From the NCBI GenBank assembly GCA_046861645.1, contig JBHHUM010000058.1:1-13757 (forward strand): 13,757 bases of DNA, given 5' to 3'. The DNA comes from Fidelibacterota bacterium (GTDB taxonomy: Bacteria > Fidelibacterota > Marinisomatia > Marinisomatales > UBA2128). The notes under the pieces were generated by a model. It was not told the origin of the DNA and ran no database searches. It saw only the letters and a list, made by a program, of their open reading frames with translations. Position numbers and translations under genes: made by a program. Below, one piece after another: positions 1 to 7,787 of the stretch (position 1 is its first letter; each line of letters opens with the position of its first letter).

Positions 1-161
1 GGCTCCGCTTATTTCACAAACAGTCTTTGAGTTGCACTTAGTAGTTGAATTCAAGAATTCATTTTAGTAAACAGATTAATATTACTATGTTACCCAAGAA
101 ATATATAGCAAGGCGCACTTAATTAATAAATAATTGCTGGAATTAATAAACTGCATAAGGA

Positions 162-644
162 TTGATTCCCGAAATGAAAAACCCACCTTTTGATGAAAAA
201 ACTGCACATAGATGGTTTGCTGTTAAACTGAATAACCTAACTTGGGATTTACTTGAAACTGAAGATCGAACAGATGAGCAAACAGAAGAAATGGTCTCAG
301 CTGCTCATGCGGCTCTATACCACTGGTATCAAATTGGAACAGCAGCAAACCATGCTCGAGGAGAGTGTCTGTTGACATATGTTCATGCTGAAATTGGAGA
401 GGGAACTGCTGCTCTCCAACACGCCCAAAAATGCTTAAAACTGACAGAATCAAACCCAGATTTAATGTCTGATTGGGATTTTGCTTTTGCCAATGATTGT
501 CTGTCTGTAGCAAATGCTTTGGAAGGCAACAAAGAAGAAGCCTCACGACTAAAAATGAAGGCTGAGGAACTGGGCAATAAGATAACCGATCCTGAGGATA
601 AGAAAATATTTAAACAGTGGTTCCACCGCAAATTTAGTTCATGA
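162..644 (+). CDS. Conserved hypothetical all-helical (TPR-like) protein
   Basis: 160-aa ORF with amphipathic helical segments (FAVKLNNLTWDLLE, AAHAALYHW, ARGECLLTYVHA, ALQHAQKCL) resembling a widespread uncharacterised family. TAAGGA at 156-161 suggests the true start may be ATG 174. Confidence 0.7.
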   Translation: MIPEMKNPPFDEKTAHRWFAVKLNNLTWDLLETEDRTDEQTEEMVSAAHAALYHWYQIGTAANHARGECLLTYVHAEIGEGTAALQHAQKCLKLTESNPDLMSDWDFAFANDCLSVANALEGNKEEASRLKMKAEELGNKITDPEDKKIFKQWFHRKFSS

Positions 645-680
645 AAAAAACTATCCTTCAAGTATTCAAATACATGATGA

Positions 681-1120
681 ATGGAGCAGCACGTGATAAG
701 ACACATCTCAAGCATCGCAGAAATCATAGATAATATGGAAAAAACCGTCCGTTTTTATCGCGACATCTTAAAGCTAAAAGTAGAATATGAGCCGGATTCT
801 TCTTACGCAATTGTAAACATCCCCGGAATACTACACTTCGGAATCTGGTCCCGGGCTGAAGCAGCAAAAATATCTATGGTGATGAAAACCAAGCCTACCG
901 AATTCCGCAGGGATTAACGATAGGTTTCGAAGTTGATGATATAAGAAATTCTAACAAGAAGATCCAATCATCAGGTTGGAAAATGGAACATGAAGTCCAT
1001 GAGGAACCTTGGGGACAGCTTACCACCATATTCTTTTCACCCGAGGGAACCCTGATTGAAATAACCAATACGCCTGGTGCCAGAGTAATTGTTGAAAATG
1101 TGAAGGCAATAAATGAGTAA
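681..1120 (+). pseudogene. VOC/glyoxalase/bleomycin-resistance family gene with a single frameshift (or sequencing indel)
   Basis: The N-half (IRHISSIAEIIDNMEKTVRFYRDILKL) is in the 681 frame. The C-half is in the -1 frame from about 872: IYGDENQAYRIPQGLTIGFEVDDI...HEEPWGQLTTIFFSPEGTLIEITN...E*, TAA 1118-1120. One extra A in the A5 run at 866-870 restores a 146-aa protein. Probable start is GTG 693 (GGAG at 683-686). Confidence 0.85.
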
Positions 1121-1508
1121 TTACTATTAAAAATTACACTTAATATTATATTTCAGATCGGGCGAAAAGCCGTACATTTTTTAGTACTTTACTAGACAAA
1201 GAGCCAACACTGGATTTACCTGGAATGACTGAATTCCCATTAGCAAAAGAAAACTAACTTTGATTGATGACTGAAAAAGGCCTTACTAATAGTTAGAGAC
1301 AAATTATTAATCCAGCTTTTGTAAATGGTTCACTTCGAGTTAAACTTTACTTACTGGTAGACAATGTCATTAAATTTCATAACTGTTCCTTTGCTTCAGG
1401 AGGTGAAGAGGTCAGTCCTTAATTAAAAAGTGATTGGGTTTATTACGTAGCCTATAGTCTTGACCTGATGGACATGCCTTAATCTTTATCGAGGAGATAT
1501 CTCAATAA
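1113..1508 (+). pseudogene. Decayed second VOC/glyoxalase-family gene
   Basis: Manual translation gives KLHLILY/(I)SDRAKSRTFFSTLLDKEPTLDLPGMTEFPLAKEN*L*LMTEKG...*...LRVKLYLLVDNV...SGGEEVSP*LKSDWVYYVAYSLD/(P)DGHALIFIEEISQ*. Stops at 1128, 1255, 1261, 1294 and 1420; frameshifts near 1150 and 1465. It retains VOC-type motifs (ILYxSD, PGMTEF, LYLxVD, DW...AYxxDPDGH). ATG 1113 overlaps the end of the upstream gene. Confidence 0.8.
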
Positions 1509-1530
1509 AAAGGCAACCTCACGGTTGCCT
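1505..1530 (-). terminator. Rho-independent terminator of the minus-strand operon
   Basis: Perfect 8-bp stem AGGCAACC/GGTTGCCT (1511-1518/1523-1530). On the minus strand it has a GTGA (GNRA) loop followed by TTTTATT, 26 nt past the stop of 1557..2006. Confidence 0.85.
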
Positions 1531-1556
1531 GAATGAGAACAGCCTCCAGAACAAAG

Positions 1557-2006
1557 CTATTTTTTCTTTTTCCCAAAGAGACCTTTCCGTTTCTTTGGTT
1601 CTTCATCTTTCTCCTGTTGATTACCTGATGATGGAGCTTGAGCCTTAGCAGCTTTTTCCTCGAGCCGTTTCTCCCATTCGCTCATCTCCTTTTCAGCTGA
1701 TGAAGGTTCTTCTACTCCTCCTTCATCAGGAATCTGGGGAGAGGGTTCTTCTCCGGCGGCTTCAGCTTCAATAAGCTTTTTTAACTTTTCCTCTCTTTCT
1801 TCAGAGCGGCTCTTCAGCATTTCCAACATCTCTGTCACTTCATCATGAAAGAGAGAAACGGTCTTTTCCATCCGACCAATTAATTCTTCCATTAAGGCTT
1901 CACCATACCCAGGACCCAAACCTTCTACCATTTCATCCATCTTTTCCAGGATAAATTGTTTATGGGCATCTATATTCTGATTTTCACGGGTTTCTTCGTC
2001 AGCCAT
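1557..2006 (-). CDS. Hypothetical protein (helical N-terminus, acidic linker, basic KKRKGLFGKKKK tail)
   Basis: 149-aa ORF with AGGAG Shine-Dalgarno 7 nt before the ATG, followed by a terminator. Confidence 0.8.
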   Translation of the reverse strand: MADEETRENQNIDAHKQFILEKMDEMVEGLGPGYGEALMEELIGRMEKTVSLFHDEVTEMLEMLKSRSEEREEKLKKLIEAEAAGEEPSPQIPDEGGVEEPSSAEKEMSEWEKRLEEKAAKAQAPSSGNQQEKDEEPKKRKGLFGKKKK

Positions 2007-2056
2007 AGTCTTTCTCCTGATTTACCTGATAAAGTTGAGTGCAATTAGATTCCGAA

Positions 2057-2878
2057 TCATTTACTGCTCCATAATTCCTCTCGAACAGCTTTATTTGTAT
2101 CATAGGAATTTTCCAGACCTTCTACCTCACCCGGAGCAAAGAAGATATGCTCTTTGGGTGAAGTCAACATAGCCACAAAATCGTAAACTGGCATACCAGC
2201 GACAAGTCCCAGGATTACACCGGAAAAGCGACGACTCCAAGTCTCATCAATTGTTGGTGAACTTAATATATTCCTAAACTCACCCATTCCTAAACCAAAG
2301 GTTCCCATGGCACTGAAGGTAATAACTTTAAGCCTGGTGTTACCTTCCTCTTCAACGGGTCGATAAGTTATTTCCTCTATATCAGTAATGGGAATTGTTT
2401 TTTCACCAATCACTTTTTTTAATCGAAGAGCTTTATCCTCAAACTTAACATAGCGACCAATAACAGGAATACCCTCATATCGTTTTACAGTACAGAAAGA
2501 ATTGGGGGGAATAGATCTCAGAATATCCTCTATACGTAAATAAGAAAGTTCATAATGATATTGTGCTCGCATCTGATCAGTAATTTCTGGATGATTCTGT
2601 GCTTTTTCCTTTAAAAGATAGAATTCATGGAAGGAATATTTCCGTCTGATTTTTTTCTGTCGGTTGCGCTCCCGGTATACTACACTGACCGAATAATGAT
2701 TAACGTCATGTTGGAAGAACTGAGCGCTTTCGAATCCCTCAATCTCTGGGAAAATACCCAGAATAGCATTCTCTTCAGCATCGAGTGTAGTTCCTACGTT
2801 TTCACTTAATGTAATTACTTCTGGTGGCTGAGCTGATATTAATATGAAACCCGCAACTATATTAAGAAAGATTTTCAG
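2057..2878 (-). CDS. Exported/membrane hypothetical protein of 273 aa, probable CTG start
   Basis: The frame of ORF 2057..2572 stays open 102 codons upstream to CTG at 2878, with no ATG/GTG/TTG before the upstream TGA at 2902-2900. GGAGG lies 6 nt before the CTG. The extended N-terminus MKIFLNIVAGFILISAQPPE looks like a signal peptide. Two Gly-rich hydrophobic segments lie near the C-terminus. Confidence 0.75.
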   Translation of the reverse strand: MKIFLNIVAGFILISAQPPEVITLSENVGTTLDAEENAILGIFPEIEGFESAQFFQHDVNHYSVSVVYRERNRQKKIRRKYSFHEFYLLKEKAQNHPEITDQMRAQYHYELSYLRIEDILRSIPPNSFCTVKRYEGIPVIGRYVKFEDKALRLKKVIGEKTIPITDIEEITYRPVEEEGNTRLKVITFSAMGTFGLGMGEFRNILSSPTIDETWSRRFSGVILGLVAGMPVYDFVAMLTSPKEHIFFAPGEVEGLENSYDTNKAVREELWSSK

Positions 2879-2879
2879 T

Positions 2880-3110
2880 TTACTCCTCCTCGAAAAGTTT
2901 CATTACTTCACCTGCTTCAGCATGGCGTCCTAGTTCTTTTTTAGAAAAAATTAATACGCCATCCTTCTTAACTTCAAAGACACCTCCTCCAGATGGTATC
3001 AGTGTAAGTTCACTAATATCAGAACCATACCTTTCCAATAGCTCATTCGCCAGACTGGCGGCTCTTGGAAGGTAGTTTCAAACGTTACAGTATTCTATTG
3101 ATACTTTCAT
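2880..3110 (-). CDS. SelW/SelT/SelH (Rdx family) selenoprotein, 76 aa, Sec at codon 11
   Basis: Translation MKVSIEYCNVUNYLPRAASLANELLERYGSDISELTLIPSGGGVFEVKKDGVLIFSKKELGRHAEAGEVMKLFEEE*. It has Rdx hallmarks IEYCxxU, GGxFEV and IFSKKxxGR. The in-frame TGA at 3080-3078 occupies the second redox position. Absent from the ORF track. Confidence 0.93.
3023..3077 (-). promoter_or_regulatory. Bacterial SECIS-like stem-loop immediately 3' of the Sec UGA
   Basis: mRNA UGA-AACUACCUUCCAAGAGC-CGCCA-GUC-UGGCG-AAUGA-GCUAUUGGAAAGGUAUGGUU. Lower stem UACC/GGUA, UUCCAA/UUGGAA, AGC/GCU; apical stem CGCCA/UGGCG with a GU-containing loop 22 nt after the UGA. Confidence 0.8.
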
Positions 3111-3120
3111 CTGCTGTCTA

Positions 3121-3252
3121 CTAAGTAACCAGAAACCGGTAAATCCATATGATCCCAAAAATAGCAAAAAGACCTGCCATCACCAGAAGAAAAACCGTAG
3201 CCCTTTCAAAGCCACGACGACCAGTATCGAATTTGAGGATATCTTTTGCCAT
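3121..3252 (-). CDS. Small single-pass membrane protein (43 aa)
   Basis: MAKDILKFDTGRRGFERATVFLLVMAGLFAIFGIIWIYRFLVT*. The ATG overlaps the upstream stop (TGATG at 3254-3250). It has one ~20-aa hydrophobic helix and ends 10 nt before the selenoprotein ATG. Confidence 0.75.
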   Translation of the reverse strand: MAKDILKFDTGRRGFERATVFLLVMAGLFAIFGIIWIYRFLVT

Positions 3253-5468
3253 CAGAAACTAAATTGGGTTTCTATATTCATGATGTTGATAACCTCGCCT
3301 TCTACATCCTCAGAAATCACACCATCCCCATCAAGATCAGCATGTAAACGACGGAAATCCCATACCAGACTTACTCCTGGACTAAGTTCATAACCCACCC
3401 GGTAACCCAGGATTGTATTCGGAGAAGGATTACCAAAATCGAAGGGGTTGCGGTCATTATTGCGTTGATAATAGGCAAACGCCTGACTTATCTTGGGAAT
3501 ATTATCGGTATTCAGTACCAGTGCTGCCATGAAACTACGCAAGGTATCACCGGCATCACTTCTCATATCAGTATACGATGCTGAACCACTTACCAAGTTA
3601 AATAAACTTAAACCGGCCGACCCATAAAATCCCTGGCGTTGTCCTTCACTTAAGTCTAAACGTTGTTCTTTAGTGGTAACCATAAGATTTCCTTCAATAT
3701 CAGATGAAACCGCAACACGATCTAAATCATAAGCCTGATCCCAAAATCCAGGGGCATAATAATCAGTATCCATACGATAGGCAAAACTGACATTGATGAA
3801 TTTCATAATAGTCGCATTAGCACCGAATGGTACGATGCCCATACCATTAAGATCAGCAAATCTTAGGATATTGGCTTCAGCGTAAAGGTGTATATTGAAC
3901 ATTTTTGAACTGAATACTGGATAACCAACATCAACTGCTAAACCTAATGCTCTCCTGGCATCCACATCATCAATATCGAAAGGATCTGGTTTAAGCTCAG
4001 CACCATCAGGATCATTATTCTCAATGTTTGGATCTTGACTATTATCTGTGTAGCCATCACCATCCTGATCAGGATCGATTTCGTCAGCAATACCGTCTCC
4101 ATCGGTATCAGTATCATAAGACTTAGATTCCGGAAAATCGTCTAACAGGTCTGGTACACCATCCTCATCAAAGTCCTTAAGTCCAGAATACTGGTTGACA
4201 TCCATAACCATGTTTGCACCTAAGGAAAGCTTTTTCCAGGGATTGAAAGTAAATCGTCCACCAACCAGACCACCACCCCGTCCAAAATCCTTAAAGTTGG
4301 CAATGAACAGTTCCGTACCGAATTTCCCGAACTTCATTCCACCATTAAGACCTATGCGACGAACCTGAGGAAATTCCATCATATTGGAATAACCGTTGAT
4401 AAGTCCTCCATAGCCCAAAGTAACATTTTCAAGGGAGCCATAACGGACAAAGAATTTGTCTTCCCGTTCACCCCATTTCACATAGAGTATCTTATCAAAG
4501 AAATCAGTAGGTTCATCCCACTCATCTTTACGTACTTTCCCCTGAGGATCGAGGTAAACTACAACATCTAGTCCTACACCCAGCTTTCCAAAAGATATCT
4601 CAGGTCGTAAAGCAAACTGGTTATAAATGACACCATCTATGGTGACTGAACCAAGTCCCATACCCAGGTTAAACGGACCTTCCTCCTCTGGGGCAGGAGC
4701 TTCTTCTTCCTCGACTTCTGGTACTTCTTCAGGAATCTCTTCAGGAATTTCTTCTTCAGGAATTTCTTCTTCAGGAACTTCTTCCTCGATCACTTCTTCT
4801 TCTATCTGTTCCTCTACTTCTTCCTCAGGGGCTTCTTCCTCAACCTCTTCCTGCGGTTCCTCTTCCTCGATCTGTTCTTCTCCTGCTTCAGGATCCTCTG
4901 GAACTTCTTCCGGGCTGGTGGGAGAGGTCACCAATTGTCCCGTTGCAGTGGAAAGAGTCATTTGTCCAGGTCCAAGAGTTTGGAACTGCCCACTGATAGT
5001 ATTGAATACTTCTACTTGCCCCTCCAGTCCATAGAACTTATCAAACCCCATCTGGTTAGAAACAGTCCAAAACTGGGTCCCTTTTACCGATGCAACCGAA
5101 ACAGGAGTTTCAATTCTGAAATCTTTTGTCTTTTCTTTCTTTACATCGGAAAGTACCTTTCCAAATTCTATATTAATAGTTCGAGTATTAGCGGTCTCCA
5201 TGAATTGAAATTGAGAGGATTCTCTTATTTTAAGAACACTTTTGTCATCAAGAAAAACAACTACACAAAACCCCTGTCCACCGACCTTTACCACATCGCC
5301 GTCAAAGACAGATTGTCCTGCCCTAAGAACCGAGAAGTCAGTATCAACTTGGTGCTTTATTTGCACCTGTCCTTTAGCTTTAGCGACCTTAGCCACTTCT
5401 TCTGCCGCAACAGCTTGGTTAATCATGAAAGGAAGGAAAATGATGGCTACAAATAATTTTAGTCTCAT
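3252..5468 (-). CDS. FecR-domain protein fused via a Glu/Pro-rich linker to a predicted outer-membrane beta-barrel with Ca-binding DxDxDG inserts
   Basis: Signal peptide (MRLKLFVAIIFLPFMINQAVA); FecR-like motifs (GDVVKVG, FLDDKSVLKI, FRIETPVSVASVKGTQF, EGQVEV); an acidic linker; alternating hydrophobic beta-strands; TSP3-like DFDEDGVPD/DTDGDGIAD/DQDGDG; C-terminal ETQFSF ending in Phe as in OM proteins. Confidence 0.8.
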   Translation of the reverse strand: MRLKLFVAIIFLPFMINQAVAAEEVAKVAKAKGQVQIKHQVDTDFSVLRAGQSVFDGDVVKVGGQGFCVVVFLDDKSVLKIRESSQFQFMETANTRTINIEFGKVLSDVKKEKTKDFRIETPVSVASVKGTQFWTVSNQMGFDKFYGLEGQVEVFNTISGQFQTLGPGQMTLSTATGQLVTSPTSPEEVPEDPEAGEEQIEEEEPQEEVEEEAPEEEVEEQIEEEVIEEEVPEEEIPEEEIPEEIPEEVPEVEEEEAPAPEEEGPFNLGMGLGSVTIDGVIYNQFALRPEISFGKLGVGLDVVVYLDPQGKVRKDEWDEPTDFFDKILYVKWGEREDKFFVRYGSLENVTLGYGGLINGYSNMMEFPQVRRIGLNGGMKFGKFGTELFIANFKDFGRGGGLVGGRFTFNPWKKLSLGANMVMDVNQYSGLKDFDEDGVPDLLDDFPESKSYDTDTDGDGIADEIDPDQDGDGYTDNSQDPNIENNDPDGAELKPDPFDIDDVDARRALGLAVDVGYPVFSSKMFNIHLYAEANILRFADLNGMGIVPFGANATIMKFINVSFAYRMDTDYYAPGFWDQAYDLDRVAVSSDIEGNLMVTTKEQRLDLSEGQRQGFYGSAGLSLFNLVSGSASYTDMRSDAGDTLRSFMAALVLNTDNIPKISQAFAYYQRNNDRNPFDFGNPSPNTILGYRVGYELSPGVSLVWDFRRLHADLDGDGVISEDVEGEVINIMNIETQFSF
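4680..4910 (-). repeat. Low-complexity coding repeats (EEIP/EEVP/EEEA units) in the acidic linker
   Basis: Imperfect 12-15-nt units such as ttcttcaggaat recur at about 4725-4780 and encode VPEEEIPEEEIPEEIPEEVP. Confidence 0.8.
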
Positions 5469-5677
5469 GGAATTACCCTCTTTTTTATGATATTTTCAAT
5501 CTCCGTCTATAGATTGGAGCGCTTTGGTTTAGAATTTCCTCGTGATTTCTCATCTGCTCTACCAGAAGATGTATTGTCAAAAGTATCGCCAATGGAATTA
5601 TAAATCAACCTTACTTTACTATTAGTCACATTTTCTTTTATTCCGAATTACTATCCATTCTAAAGGTATTCAAGTTA

Positions 5678-5714
5678 CAAATCGATTTGAATCGACTTCT
5701 ATCTTGAATAAATT
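5678..5714 (+). promoter_or_regulatory. 12-bp palindrome overlapping a possible sigma70 -35 element upstream of the alpha-oxoamine synthase
   Basis: CAAATCGATTTG (5678-5689) is a perfect palindrome. Possible promoter TTGAAT (5687-5692), 16 nt, TAAATT (5709-5714). Confidence 0.3.
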
Positions 5715-5749
5715 CGCCTTTCAATCAACAATAAACCGTTACGTACTCA

Positions 5750-7042
5750 ATGAATTTGGATCAAAAAGAAAAGCTAAAGGAATTTTACGACTATACTCTT
5801 GATATGTTTTTAAAGAGTGTCGGTAAGGATCACGCAGAAATTACACAGTTTAACCGCTGGAGAAGAGCTGTGGTGGATGCCGATATGTACACCTTCGAAG
5901 TTCCTCATTTACATGCTCAACGGCCCACGGTGGAAATACAGAGAACAAGCGGTGAAACGTTAGATCTGATCTGTTTTGCCAGTTACAACTACTTGGGTTA
6001 TTCCTATCATCCAGAAGTAATCCAGGCAGCCAAGGATGCTCTCGATGTATATGGTCTGGGAGCTACCGGCTCCCCAGTATTAAACGGAACCTTTGACATT
6101 CACAAAGTACTGGAGAAAAAATTAACCGATTTCTTTCAGCGAGATGGATTGGGATGTTCTCTTTTCTCTTCGGGGTACGGAGCTAATATAGGTGTTGTGT
6201 CTGCTTATTGTCACAAGGGTGATTATGTAGTACTAGATCGCTCCTCGCACGCTTCATTGATTGATGGGGCTATCCTTTCCCAAGCCAATATCCTACTCTT
6301 CAAGCATAATAATGCTGAAAGTCTTGAAAAAGTCCTTAATAAAATTGACTATGAAAACAGCCGAATCCTGGTCTGTGTAGAGGGAGTTTACAGTACTGAT
6401 GGCAATTACGGAAACTTATCAGAGATTGTTCCTGTTGCAAAAAAATATGGCGCCAAGATTTTAGTGGATGAAGCTCACTCACTGTTGGTAGCAGGACCCG
6501 GGGGTCGAGGAGTGGCCGAAGAGTTGGGTGTGATTGCTGATGTGGATATGATCATCGGTACCTTCAGTAAATCGTTTGGAGGTGTAGGAGGATGCATGAT
6601 CGGTGATCAAGAAATAGTAAATTACTTGAATTATTATGCTCGTAGCAGAATGTTCTCCTGTGCCATAGATCCAGGTGTAACTGGAGGACTGATCAAAGCA
6701 TTAGAACTTGCAGTAGGACCTGATGGAGACTTAAAGAGAGAAAGGATTAAAGAAAATGCCAAACATCTGCGTTCTCTTTTAAGAGGAAAAGTAGATATCG
6801 GTACCGCTCACAGCTGGATTATTCCGGTTATTTATGGTGATGAAAAACTAACTATCCCTTTAAGTGATTATCTTCAACGCCACGGCCTGGATGTCTCTCT
6901 AATGATGTTCCCTGCTGTGCCAAAAAACCATTCCCGTATTAGAGCATTTGTAACTTCAGAACATTCCACTGAACAAATTGAAAAAGGTGCTGAGATACTC
7001 TTAAACGCAGCTAAAGAATTTAATTTTCTCCTTGAAAATTAA
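5750..7042 (+). CDS. PLP-dependent alpha-oxoamine synthase (serine palmitoyltransferase / BioF / Kbl family)
   Basis: 430 aa with family motifs FASYNYLG, GATGSPVLNGT, FSSGYGAN, SHASLIDG, FKHNN, EGVYSTDG, VDEAHS, the PLP-lysine motif GTFSKSFGGVGG, and FPAVP...RIR. Confidence 0.92.
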   Translation: MNLDQKEKLKEFYDYTLDMFLKSVGKDHAEITQFNRWRRAVVDADMYTFEVPHLHAQRPTVEIQRTSGETLDLICFASYNYLGYSYHPEVIQAAKDALDVYGLGATGSPVLNGTFDIHKVLEKKLTDFFQRDGLGCSLFSSGYGANIGVVSAYCHKGDYVVLDRSSHASLIDGAILSQANILLFKHNNAESLEKVLNKIDYENSRILVCVEGVYSTDGNYGNLSEIVPVAKKYGAKILVDEAHSLLVAGPGGRGVAEELGVIADVDMIIGTFSKSFGGVGGCMIGDQEIVNYLNYYARSRMFSCAIDPGVTGGLIKALELAVGPDGDLKRERIKENAKHLRSLLRGKVDIGTAHSWIIPVIYGDEKLTIPLSDYLQRHGLDVSLMMFPAVPKNHSRIRAFVTSEHSTEQIEKGAEILLNAAKEFNFLLEN

Positions 7043-7058
7043 GAGTATCCAATAGATA

Positions 7059-7751
7059 ATGACATCAAAGCAGGATGAATTATTGGTCTGGAATTTTGAC
7101 TTTGCCCTCACAACTTTTTTTGAAGTCGATTCCTTTTATTTAGAATCCCTGATTCCTCCCCAGTTAAACCTGCAGGAAGCCGCTCCTGGTATCGGGTTAA
7201 TTAATTTAACAGCTTTCAATTTCGTGGAAGGACAGTTGGGTGTTTTACCAGAATTTCAAGAGTTAATACTTAGCGCTATTGTAGCTCCGGATCTTCATAG
7301 AGGAGTTCCCAGTGCTGCCATGTTCGTCCTTTCTCTAACCAGTACTTGTCAGGAACATCTTGATCATAGCCTGGAATATTACAAACTTCCTATCACAGAT
7401 AAATTAACTGTTGCTAAGATTGACAAGGAAAACTTCAAAATTGATTTCGAGGATCGAGATGGTAAAATAGCTCAGATTAACAACTGTGCTTCCATTGGTG
7501 ATTGGGATTCATCTCAACGTTATTTTCAAGCTTTCACTCAAGACGGAGGTGACATCTATATATCAGATGTATTCATAGAAGCTCCACTCTTTGAGCATCA
7601 GGAGACTGGCAATATAGGTAAAATGTTTAATCACCCCTTCTTTCGGAATATCGAGGTAGATGATCCGGATGTTACAAACTTCCTGCAGATAATAAATCAA
7701 CCAGGTTCGTTGGGAAAGCAGACCTACTACAAACCGACGAAGTTTGAGTAA
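7059..7751 (+). CDS. Acetoacetate-decarboxylase-like (ADC/DUF2071-type) fold protein
   Basis: The N-terminal pattern FEVD...LESLIPPQL...GLINLTAFNF...PEFQELILSAIV and later YKLP resemble ADC-like superfamily members. It starts 16 nt after the synthase stop. Confidence 0.55.
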   Translation: MTSKQDELLVWNFDFALTTFFEVDSFYLESLIPPQLNLQEAAPGIGLINLTAFNFVEGQLGVLPEFQELILSAIVAPDLHRGVPSAAMFVLSLTSTCQEHLDHSLEYYKLPITDKLTVAKIDKENFKIDFEDRDGKIAQINNCASIGDWDSSQRYFQAFTQDGGDIYISDVFIEAPLFEHQETGNIGKMFNHPFFRNIEVDDPDVTNFLQIINQPGSLGKQTYYKPTKFE

Positions 7752-7787
7752 GAAAATTATTTTATAAAATATATTAAGAGAGAACTA

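Noticed and set aside
1..66. Possible gene end or start at the left edge
   Set aside because: Several short open frames exist on both strands, with too little sequence to choose among them.
121..150. Direct repeat AATTAATAAA at 121-130 and 141-150
   Set aside because: It is low-complexity AT-rich sequence that could easily arise by chance; two copies do not make a CRISPR or iteron array.
223..727. Minus-strand ORFs 223..546 and 383..727
   Set aside because: They are antisense shadows of the better-supported + strand genes and have no recognisable motifs.
864..872. Programmed -1 frameshift in the VOC gene
   Set aside because: A-AAA-ATA is not a canonical X-XXY-YYZ slippery heptamer, and no clear stimulatory hairpin follows.
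2627..2809. 60-aa + strand ORF
   Set aside because: It lies antisense within the CTG-extended minus-strand gene 2057..2878.
4627..5490. + strand ORFs 4627..5034 (Ser-rich), 4935..5456 and 5242..5490
   Set aside because: They are antisense to the FecR-barrel gene; the Ser runs are the reverse complement of Glu codons.
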